Notes: generated by a model not told the origin, from the sequence alone. A stretch of DNA of 42,600 bases from an uncultured Candidatus Saccharibacteria bacterium (GCA_964645125.1 CAZXZC010000004.1:1-42600); one strand, 5' to 3'. Shown: positions 7,681 to 15,117, numbered from the stretch's first letter. Numbers and translations are program-made.

Positions 7681-8505
7681 ATGGCTATACGTCTTTCGAG
7701 ATTTCAAAAGATCGTGTGGGATTTTTATAAAAGTCATGGCAGACATGATTTGTCATGGCGTGAAACTACCGACCCCTACCGTATTCTCGTTTCAGAGTTG
7801 ATGTTGCAGCAAACACAGGTGGCGCGAGTAATTCCAAAATATCAGGCATTTTTGAAGTTATTTCCGACTGTGAAAAAACTTGCTGGTGCGTCTCAGGCGG
7901 ACGTGGTGGTTGCTTGGCAGGGATTAGGCTATAACCGGCGGGCGAAATTTTTGCATAAGGCTGCGCACGTTGTGATGGAACAATACAAAGGGGTATTCCC
8001 CATTAGTGAGGTTGGGTTGCGCACGTTGCCAGGGGTTGGCTCGTATACTGCGGCGGCAATTGCCACGTTTGCCTATAATATTCCGACGGTTTTTATTGAA
8101 ACAAATATTCGCCGGGTCTTTATACATCATTTTTTTAAAGTCCAACAGAATGTTTCTGACTCACAACTACTACCCTATATTCAAAAGTCGTTAGATACTA
8201 AAAATCCCCGCGCATGGTATTGGGCACTCATGGACTATGGAGCGAGCTTACCAAAAATAGTAAAAAGGAATCCTAACCGTCACAGTAGGCATTATGTAAA
8301 ACAATCAGTGTTCGTTGGTTCATTGCGCCAGGCACGCGGAGCAATACTTCGAACGTTAGCGCTACAAAAGGCTATGACTGTTTCTTCTATCCAGAAACAT
8401 TTATTGCGTCAAGGTATGGAAAAAGAAAAAATCACTCAGGCGATGAGTGATTTGAGTGGAGAAGGGTTTATTGTGCAAGAAAGGGGCAGAATAAGGCTCG
8501 TATAG
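7681..8505 (+). CDS. mutY: MutY-like adenine glycosylase catalytic domain with no Fe-S Cys motif and no NUDIX-like domain; the C-terminal ~70 aa may be a winged helix
   Basis: Contains PY.ILVSE.MLQQTQV..V, GLGYN.RA..L and LPGVG.YTAAAI. There are no Cys after the HhH region. Confidence 0.75.
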   Translation: MAIRLSRFQKIVWDFYKSHGRHDLSWRETTDPYRILVSELMLQQTQVARVIPKYQAFLKLFPTVKKLAGASQADVVVAWQGLGYNRRAKFLHKAAHVVMEQYKGVFPISEVGLRTLPGVGSYTAAAIATFAYNIPTVFIETNIRRVFIHHFFKVQQNVSDSQLLPYIQKSLDTKNPRAWYWALMDYGASLPKIVKRNPNRHSRHYVKQSVFVGSLRQARGAILRTLALQKAMTVSSIQKHLLRQGMEKEKITQAMSDLSGEGFIVQERGRIRLV

Positions 8506-8599
8506 AGTGCATAGCTTACAGAGTATAGAAAATAGTAGAGAGTAAATAGCGTATAGGAAATGGTTATAGAATATAGTGGATAGAAAATAAAAAACAAAG

Positions 8600-8646
8600 A
8601 GCAAATGAAAAGTAAAAATCCCCTTGAGCGCGTTGCTCGGGGATTT
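8600..8646 (-). terminator. Intrinsic terminator (minus strand)
   Basis: AAATCCCC..GAGCgcgttGCTC..GGGGATTT followed on the minus strand by TTTTTACTTTTCATTT. Confidence 0.65.
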
Positions 8647-8726
8647 TAAAGAGGGTGCCATTATGCGTAGTCAAAAAAAACAATCTACCTTGTGTAAACG
8701 AGCGTGTTTCATAACTTCTTGCCTCC

Positions 8727-8766
8727 TTTTTAAAAAATACGGCAGCTCTAACTTTCAAGCTGCCGT
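8727..8766 (-). terminator. Intrinsic terminator (minus strand)
   Basis: ACGGCAGC-12 nt-GCTGCCGT followed on the minus strand by ATTTTTT. Confidence 0.65.
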
Positions 8767-9125
8767 TGACGAATATCCAACAAGAATATTGCGTGCCAAG
8801 ATGGGCACAAATATTCTTTTCTTTGCTTCAGTTTTTTACATTTGTAACCACCCCCTTTTTTTGTGAACTCCTTTTACAGTATTGTATTTTTTTTGCGGCG
8901 TAAAGTGGTTTGTTCTGTAAAAAAACGACCCGCGCTGGTGCTGGGTCGGTGTGATGGTATGAAAGTAAATAATGAATGTATCCAGACGTGACTGATTTTT
9001 GCCTAATACAAACTCGCGCGCGCCCATGGAGGGAATTTTAGGGTGCTGGGGAAGCGAGTTTTTTGAAATTTGCATGTATCTAACCGTTCAGTAACGCCTG
9101 GATCTGTGAACACAGTAGCAGGTTA

Positions 9126-9173
9126 TTTTAAAAAAGGAAATGGCGGCTCCGTGTAACATTTGTTAGAGCCGCC
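9126..9173 (-). terminator. Intrinsic terminator (minus strand)
   Basis: GGCGGCTC-16 nt-GAGCCGCC followed on the minus strand by ATTTCCTTTTTT. Confidence 0.7.
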
Positions 9174-9500
9174 ATGGTTGGTGAAGCGTGGGCTTCGTAG
9201 AAAATATTTGCGGGATAGCGGTATCCCTCCTTTTGAAGATTGAAGATTTTGAAACAACTGGATTGTTAATACTTTTTTTGCTCGTGCAGTAGCCCGGTGG
9301 GTGGCATGTGCTTGCGACATGGAGCTTGGGGTGCGTGACTTATTGTATTAACCTCCTTGGTTCACTTTATGGCATCATTATTTTTTGTGCAAGACCATTA
9401 ATTAGTAAATAGGGTAGAGGGTTTAGCCAATAGGGTAAATACAGAAAAATTTTTGGAAATAAAAAAATTTGCCAATGATGTAAGAAATTTAAAATCCTTG

Positions 9501-9549
9501 CAAGAAAGAATAGAAAAAGGACCCAGAAGCTCTGTGGCTTTGGGTCCTT
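9501..9549 (-). terminator. Intrinsic terminator (minus strand)
   Basis: AAGGACCCA-15 nt-TGGGTCCTT followed on the minus strand by TTTTCTATTCTTTC. Confidence 0.65.
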
Positions 9550-10078
9550 GGGGTGAAGCCTGCCGAAAGATACGGAGGGCTGTTGCGCATACAGCCACAA
9601 ATCCATTTGCTGGATCCGTCTGGCGAGTGGCAGGCTTCAAAGACGGAAGACTTACCGGTTATGGGAGCCTGTCGCAGTTGAGAAACTGCGAGATCGAAGA
9701 GTAGAAAAAGATGTACACTCTGCGACAGGCTCAGGGTTTTAGGGTTGCTACAAAAAATCTCGTTGTTTTTTCATGGCTGTAGCCTCCTTTTTTTGGGTTA
9801 ATGCCATGAGTCGTCTCTCTCAGCCACATAAAATAGGTGGCACGTCTCGAGAGTTTTTTTAAGAAAAAATCCATGCTTGGCCGTTCTTCGAGTTTTGGAT
9901 CTGATTGATGACCCGTTTCGAATACTTGGTTGGGGTGATTTTGTTCTTATGACTCCGTGTGCAGGCCTAATTAGAGTGCCCTGCACTACCTCGGTTTGGC
10001 GTGGCTAGCCAAAATCGTCGGCCTTTTTCATGGCCTCCTCCTTTCCGGTTTTTTTGTTATCAACGAACTGTAAGTGCC

Positions 10079-10106
10079 AGCATAGCAAGTTAAAAATATT
10101 TGTCAA
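10079..10106 (-). promoter_or_regulatory. Sigma70-like promoter firing leftward into island L
   Basis: On the minus strand: TTGACA, 16 nt, TATGCT. It is divergent from the tgt promoter. Confidence 0.6.
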
Positions 10107-10166
10107 GGGCTGTTAGTCGTGTATCGCAAATCGTAGAACGTGAATCGTGAAAAACCCTTGGTTTTA

Positions 10167-10195
10167 TTGCCATTTTTGAGGTTTTATGGCATAGT
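10167..10195 (+). promoter_or_regulatory. tgt promoter (TTGCCA-17 nt-TGgCATAGT)
   Basis: The -10 ends 12 nt before the ATG and there is no SD, so the leader is very short or absent. Confidence 0.6.
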
Positions 10196-10207
10196 AATGA
10201 TACGTGT

Positions 10208-11350
10208 ATGATTTCTTTTAAGGTTCAAAAACAGTCTAAGAAATCCGCAGCTCGCCTGGGGGTTCTTACGACTCCTCATGGGGAAGTTCAGACTCCATGC
10301 CTGGTGCCGGTGGCTACTCAGGCCACGGTGAAGGCATTGCCGCCTGATGTGGTAAAGGCTAAGACGAAGTCGAGCCTTTTGATATGCAATACCTTTCACC
10401 TACATTTAAAGCCAGGGGAGAAAACAGTGAAAAAACATGGGGGCTTGCATGAATTTATGCAGTGGGATGGGGCTTTAATGACGGATTCGGGGGGATTCCA
10501 GGTGTTTAGCCTGGGGTTTGGGCGAGACCTTTCGACGAATAAGGTTATAAAAAATGGAGCGAAGGTGCCTGAAGTTTTGCATGGTCGCCAACCACAACAC
10601 TTAAAGATTTCAGAAGAGGGGGTGTTGTTTCGTTCGCCGGTTGACGGGGCTCAGGTGTTTTTGGGGCCAAAAGAGTCGATAAAAATCCAGCAAGCATTGG
10701 GGGCTGACATTATTTATGCGTTTGATGAATGCCCGCCACCGTCAGCCAGTTATGAGTATGTAAAAAACTCGGTAGAGCGAACGCACCGGTGGCTTACGCG
10801 GTGTATTAAGGCAAAAACGAGCAAACAGGCATTGTATGGGATTGTGCAGGGTGGGCGTTATAAGGACTTGCGTGCGCTAAGCGCGAAGTTTGTGGCAGCA
10901 ACAGACGTCGATGGGTTTGGAATTGGGGGTGAGTTTGGGAATAGTAAAACAGATATGACTAAAATGCTCTCTGCGGTTATTCCGCATTTGCCAGCACATA
11001 AGCCTCGGCATTTGCTGGGGATTGGCCACCCGGAAGATATTATTCCGATTATTAAAAGCGGGGTGGATACGTTTGACTGTATTGTGCCGACGCATTACGC
11101 CCGGCACGGCACTGCCTTTACGAATCGAGGGCGTGTGACAATTGGGAATGCAAAGTTCAAAAATTCTTTAGAGCCGCTTGACCCTAAGTGTGATTGTGAA
11201 GTATGTGCTACGTATACGAAAAGTTATGTGCACCACTTGTTTAAGGCACATGAGATTACGGCCTTACAGTACCTTTCGCTCCATAACATTTACTTCTTTC
11301 AAACCTATATCGAACAGATAAGGAAAAAAATTCAAAAGGGATTGCTTTAA
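10208..11350 (+). CDS. tgt: Queuine tRNA-ribosyltransferase (tRNA-guanine transglycosylase)
   Basis: Contains TDSGGFQV and a CDC..C...SY.HHL zinc site. queA follows. Confidence 0.95.
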   Translation: MISFKVQKQSKKSAARLGVLTTPHGEVQTPCLVPVATQATVKALPPDVVKAKTKSSLLICNTFHLHLKPGEKTVKKHGGLHEFMQWDGALMTDSGGFQVFSLGFGRDLSTNKVIKNGAKVPEVLHGRQPQHLKISEEGVLFRSPVDGAQVFLGPKESIKIQQALGADIIYAFDECPPPSASYEYVKNSVERTHRWLTRCIKAKTSKQALYGIVQGGRYKDLRALSAKFVAATDVDGFGIGGEFGNSKTDMTKMLSAVIPHLPAHKPRHLLGIGHPEDIIPIIKSGVDTFDCIVPTHYARHGTAFTNRGRVTIGNAKFKNSLEPLDPKCDCEVCATYTKSYVHHLFKAHEITALQYLSLHNIYFFQTYIEQIRKKIQKGLL

Positions 11351-11417
11351 GAAAAATTTTTCTCGAGAGCGCTCAAGGGTGCTTGCCCAAGCTTTACTCT
11401 CTCGTAAATTTTTTCTT
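11349..11417. repeat. Conserved-core hairpin element, copy F (variant core GAGCGCTCAAGGGTGCTTGCCCAAGCTTTACTC)
   Basis: Stem aagaaaaatttttctcgagag / ctctctcgtaaattttttctt. The left arm contains the tgt stop codon. The inner mini-hairpin is changed compensatorily to GGGT-GCTT-GCCC. Confidence 0.8.
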
Positions 11418-11432
11418 AAATTTATTTTTATT

Positions 11433-12470
11433 ATGAATATTCAAGAATTCAAAAAACGATATTGGTATGAATTTCCGGCAGGGTTAATTGCGCAGCACCC
11501 GGCGCGGCCGCGGGATGCTGCGCGGCTTTTGGTGTGTGATAAAACGACTGGCGAAACGCGCGTTGATACGTTTTCTCATTTGGCACAGTACTTACCACCC
11601 AAATCAGTATTGGTTTTGAATGATACGAAAGTGTTGCCGGCGCGACTTACTTTACATAAAAAAACTGGTGGAGTTGTGGAGGCTTTGTATGTGCGCGATG
11701 TTTCTCCGTTTCGTGTGGCGGTGCTTTTGAACAAGGGTGTTGTGGTAGGCGATGAGCTTTTGTTTCGAAATAAACCAGTTTTTAAGGTTGTTGAGCGATT
11801 AGAGAAAGAATGGGTGTTGGAGCTGTTGGACGTCCATAAGCGACCGGTAGATGTGTGGATTGCGCATGGCACAGTTCCGTTGCCGCCATATATTAAACAT
11901 GCTTCAAAAAATAAGAAGCAAAATGAACGAGACTATCAAACGGTGTTTGGCAAACACCGGGGTTCTGTGGCTGCGCCAACAGCATCGTTGCACTTTACAA
12001 ACCGATTATTGCAGAAATTGCGAACCGCGGGGCATACGGTGTGTTTTGTGACGCTTCATGTGAACTTGGGTACGTTTGCGCCGGTTAGCGAGAGTCATTT
12101 GGTTAGCGGTACGCTGCACAGTGAGTATTTTTCGGTGCCTGCGGCAACTGCCAAAACTATTGCCGCTGCCAAGCAGAAGGGCCAAGCCATTATACCCGTG
12201 GGTACTACGGCGCTTCGCACCTTGGAGTCGGGATTTGATAAAAACGGCGTTTTGGTTACCCAGTCTGGGATGACGAATTTGTTTATTCAGGAGGGGTATG
12301 ATTTTAAAATTGCGACAGCGCTCATTACGAATTTTCATGTACCACAATCGAGTTTACTGGCTTTGGTGTGCACGTTTGCAGGGTACACGCAGGTAATGGA
12401 GTGGTATAGAAAAGCAATTACAGGTAAATTTCGATTATTTTCGTTCGGAGATGGGATGATGATTTTTTAA
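11433..12470 (+). CDS. queA: S-adenosylmethionine:tRNA ribosyltransferase-isomerase
   Basis: ATG 11433 lies downstream of repeat F. Contains LPPYI, GSVAAPTA.LHFT and TNFH.P.S.LL.L motifs. Confidence 0.93.
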   Translation: MNIQEFKKRYWYEFPAGLIAQHPARPRDAARLLVCDKTTGETRVDTFSHLAQYLPPKSVLVLNDTKVLPARLTLHKKTGGVVEALYVRDVSPFRVAVLLNKGVVVGDELLFRNKPVFKVVERLEKEWVLELLDVHKRPVDVWIAHGTVPLPPYIKHASKNKKQNERDYQTVFGKHRGSVAAPTASLHFTNRLLQKLRTAGHTVCFVTLHVNLGTFAPVSESHLVSGTLHSEYFSVPAATAKTIAAAKQKGQAIIPVGTTALRTLESGFDKNGVLVTQSGMTNLFIQEGYDFKIATALITNFHVPQSSLLALVCTFAGYTQVMEWYRKAITGKFRLFSFGDGMMIF

Positions 12471-12606
12471 GCAAGCCAATAGCCAAAAGGGTATGGGGTT
12501 TAGTGAAACTGCGAACAAACTGAAGTATCAATGCATTTGATTCTTCTTACTATTGGCCATTGGCTAAACCCTATTGGCTTGCTAAATGGCCACACCCTAC
12601 ACCCTC
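12471..12606. repeat. GCCAATAG-word palindromic repeat (family 1)
   Basis: GCAAGCCAATAG (12471-12482) pairs perfectly with CTATTGGCTTGC (12571-12582). Additional CTATTGGC words occur at 12550 and 12571. Confidence 0.85.
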
Positions 12607-12639
12607 TTGTATTTTTTATTTCATGTGGTATAGTATTTT

Positions 12640-12925
12640 TAGTTCGGCAATTCGTGTTTTTCTAGCTTTCAAGCGTACTTACCAGAATATATTGAGCGCT
12701 GGGAATGGCACTGATTTGCCCCATACTCTTATCGAAGCTGATTTATTTAGATCGCTATTTAAAGTTCTATATGAGCTTTTTGTTTTTGCCAGCGACCATG
12801 AGTTCTCCTCTCTCCCGGAGCAACGTTCTCAGATTCCCCTAGTTCGTTGTTCCTTTTTTCTCCGCTGTGTTTCACTGCTTTTCTCACAAGAAGGCCTTGA
12901 AACCAGCGGACTTTTTTTATTTTCA
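12640..12925 (+). ncRNA. Candidate ~280-nt standalone transcript
   Basis: TTGTAT-16 nt-TGgTATAGT promoter (about 12612-12639). Closing stem CCGCTG/CAGCGG followed by ACTTTTTTT at about 12861-12920. Contains a decayed copy of the GAGCGCT core at 12694. No SD-led ORF. Confidence 0.35.
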
Positions 12926-12956
12926 TACTTTATTTTTGTAGTGGTATGATATTTAC

Positions 12957-13430
12957 ATGATTACTATTGGAATGAATGCACCGGATTTTTCATTACCGGA
13001 TCAAGATGGGGCAGTTCACACTCTCAAAGAGTATAAAGGCAAGTGGTTACTCATTTATTTTTACCCAAAAGATAATACGCCGGGGTGTACAAAAGAGGCA
13101 TGCAGTTTGCGTGACTTATTTCCAAACTTTCGAAAACAGCATATGGAGGTTGTTGGGGTGAGTGCGGATAGTGTTGCATCGCATAAAAAATTTGCATTGG
13201 CCTACAACTTACCATTTACGCTGTTGGCTGATACGGAGCGTGATATGATACAGGCTTACGGGGTGTGGCAAAAAAAGAAGTTTATGGGCAAAGAATATAT
13301 GGGTATCGTGCGCAGTTCATTTTTAATAGACCCAAAAGGGAAAATCGCGAAAGTGTATGAAAAAGTGAAACCGGAGTTGCATGGGAAAGAAGTGGAAAAG
13401 GACTTACAGGGTCTAGCCAATGGCCAATAG
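12957..13430 (+). CDS. bcp: Thioredoxin-dependent peroxiredoxin Bcp
   Basis: Contains FYPKDNTPGCT.EAC. TGgTATGAT at 12942-12950 ends 6 nt before the ATG, implying a leaderless mRNA. Confidence 0.93.
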   Translation: MITIGMNAPDFSLPDQDGAVHTLKEYKGKWLLIYFYPKDNTPGCTKEACSLRDLFPNFRKQHMEVVGVSADSVASHKKFALAYNLPFTLLADTERDMIQAYGVWQKKKFMGKEYMGIVRSSFLIDPKGKIAKVYEKVKPELHGKEVEKDLQGLANGQ

Positions 13431-13492
13431 GGTGTAGTAAGCAATGAAAAATGTTTCTTTGATTTCACTATTGGCTAAACCCTATTTGGCTA
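13411..13492. repeat. GCCAATAG-word palindromic repeat (family 1) overlapping the bcp 3' end
   Basis: ctagccaatggccaatag encodes the last residues LANGQ plus the TAG stop. The right arm is ctattggctaaaccctatttggcta. Confidence 0.8.
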
Positions 13493-13505
13493 TATACTGA
13501 ATGTC

Positions 13506-14339
13506 ATGAAGCCATTAATTGGTGGGCATGTGTCAGCAGCGGGTGGGGCGTTTAAGGCATTTGGGAATGCTGCCACTATTGGTGCATCTGCAATTCAAAT
13601 ATTTGGTGCCTCCCCCCAGTCGTGGCGGACTAAATTGCCTGATGCGGCGGACGCGGCAAAATTTCAGGCTGCGTGGAAGGCGAGTGAGGTGAAGGCTGTG
13701 TATTTACATGCAGCATACCTCGTAAATTTGGCTACTGAAAATGATGAACTCTATGAAAAATCGATTACGAATTTGAGTGAGCATTTGGCTATTGCCAAAG
13801 CACTTGGTGCGAATGGACTTATTTTCCATATTGGTTCAGGCGAGAACATGAAGCGAGTAGTTGCGGGCATGAAGCAGACGCTTAAAAACGTGCCTGGCAC
13901 GACGCAACTTATTATTGAAAACAGCGCGGCTGGCGGGAAAAAGGTGGGTGGGAAGCCTGAAGATATTGGGGCGATTATGAATTCGGTTAAGTCTCCTCGA
14001 GTGAAGGTGTGCTTGGATACGGCGCATATTTTTGAGGCAGGGGAGATTGAAAGCTACACACAGCCCAACATTAAAAAATTATTTGATCGAATTGAAGCAT
14101 CTATTGGAGTGGAGAACTTAGTGGCCATGCATGTGAATGATTCGAAAACTCCGTTTAACTCGCACCATGACCGACATGAAAATATTGGGCAGGGGCATAT
14201 TGGCTTGGACGGGTTTAAAAACTTGGCGAAAGAAAAGCGAACGCACCATGTGGCATGGTTGTTGGAGGTGCCGGGGATGGAAGGCAACGGACCAGATAAG
14301 GAGAATGTGGATATTTTGAAGAAACTCTTTGTTGGTTGA
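13506..14339 (+). CDS. nfo: Endonuclease IV (deoxyribonuclease IV)
   Basis: Contains the H..YL.NL, FH.GS, CLDT.H.F and LE.P motif series. TATACT at 13493-13498 lies 7 nt before the ATG. Confidence 0.93.
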   Translation: MKPLIGGHVSAAGGAFKAFGNAATIGASAIQIFGASPQSWRTKLPDAADAAKFQAAWKASEVKAVYLHAAYLVNLATENDELYEKSITNLSEHLAIAKALGANGLIFHIGSGENMKRVVAGMKQTLKNVPGTTQLIIENSAAGGKKVGGKPEDIGAIMNSVKSPRVKVCLDTAHIFEAGEIESYTQPNIKKLFDRIEASIGVENLVAMHVNDSKTPFNSHHDRHENIGQGHIGLDGFKNLAKEKRTHHVAWLLEVPGMEGNGPDKENVDILKKLFVG

Positions 14340-14416
14340 GACAATAATACCCTTGTCATAGAGCGCTCCAAGGCCGCTTGGCCGGTCTTACTCTAAGCCA
14401 AGGGTATTATTGTCTC
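14338..14416. repeat. Conserved-core hairpin element, copy C
   Basis: Perfect 18-bp stem GAGACAATAATACCCTTG / CAAGGGTATTATTGTCTC. The left arm includes the last two bases of the nfo stop codon. The core GAGCGCTCCAAGGCCGCTTGGCCGGTCTTACTC starts at 14361. Confidence 0.9.
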
Positions 14417-14715
14417 CAATTTATTTACTTCTTTTTTCAAAATATTTGTGGAGTGAAGGATGGAAGAAAAAAACAACGGCAACTTGCCCAAGCTTTACTC
14501 TCTTAAAAACTTTATAAAAATAAATGAAGGCATGCTTTCTTTCGAAATATCCCGGGGGTGGAGGTGTAAGAAGAAGGCAGCAGCGCCAGGCCAAGGTTTA
14601 CTCTACTCGAAACAATATTATCCATTTTTTTATATAAATTTCTTTGCAAAATATCGTTTGGAGTGAGGATGGAGGACAAATACAAAAAGGCCAAAATATT
14701 TGCTATAATGTTTTT

Positions 14716-14839
14716 TAGTGAGAGCCGATTTATTATTATCGCGGTAGTTAGTCGGCTTTGATGTGCGTTTTGTGATTTATCAGTGTGTTTTTCTATTTTT
14801 GGTTTCGCCATCGACGCCCCCCGGTCGATGGCTTTTTTT
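14716..14839 (+). ncRNA. Candidate ~125-nt U-rich sRNA
   Basis: TGcTATAAT at 14701-14709. Internal hairpin AGCCGA..TCGGCT. Terminator GCCATCGAC-8 nt-GTCGATGGC plus T7. No ORF. Confidence 0.45.
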
Positions 14840-15117
14840 ATTGACGATTTTTTCATAATTGGGTAGGCTTGTTTTGAAAGAGGTTTTCTCCCTGCCTTTT
14901 TCATTTACAATTAAATAGGTGGATATCCAGGAGCAATTCTGGAAATGACACGCTTTGTGTTTGTGGCGCATGGCTACATGAAATGGAATATTTTCCTCCA
15001 TACCTGAGCTATACAGCCTGCCGAAGTTTACACCGCGTAAACTTATCTATAACTTTTCAACCATTCGATCGCTTTCAATCTGTTCAGTGTCAAGCCCATA
15101 TTTCATGGTTTTACCAG

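Larger units (their letters stand above)
8506..10166. other. ORF-poor island L: mosaic of short promoter/terminator-bounded units on both strands
   Basis: No convincing ORF of 60 aa or more. Five minus-strand hairpin plus T-run terminators, one plus-strand terminator, long stems and micro-ORFs (see findings). Confidence 0.7.

Noticed and set aside
9700-9795. An A6 run in ATGAAAAAAC of the MKKQRDFL micro-ORF: removing one A fuses the SD-led start to a 95-codon frame (possible slippage or homopolymer error).
   Set aside because: The fused frame would read through the strong terminator hairpin at 9517-9549. The sister micro-ORF (MKKADDFG) gives no long frame with plus or minus one A. It is kept only as a note.
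12560-12949. 129-aa + ORF in the queA-bcp spacer.
   Set aside because: It starts inside the family-1 repeat, runs through the promoter and terminator signals, and has Ser/Phe/Leu-rich junk-like composition.
14555-14600. gtaagaagaaggcagcagcgccaggccaagg, loosely resembling SRP RNA domain IV (GGAAGGAAGCAGCCAAGG).
   Set aside because: There is no GNRA-capped helix or complementary 3' strand. The segment aligns better as a decayed copy of the GAGCGCT-core repeat.
14460-14666. 68-aa ORF (MEEKNNGNLPKLYSL..) with a GGAGTGAAGG upstream sequence.
   Set aside because: It spans two decayed copies of the GAGCGCT core and a 210-nt degenerate direct repeat. Its composition is unlike the genome's proteins, so it is more likely repeat DNA.
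14512-15001. Minus-strand ORFs 14512-14904 and 14780-15001 in island R, plus 15173-15512.
   Set aside because: They have no SD, read through plus-strand terminators and promoters, overlap each other in different frames, and have a basic low-complexity composition.
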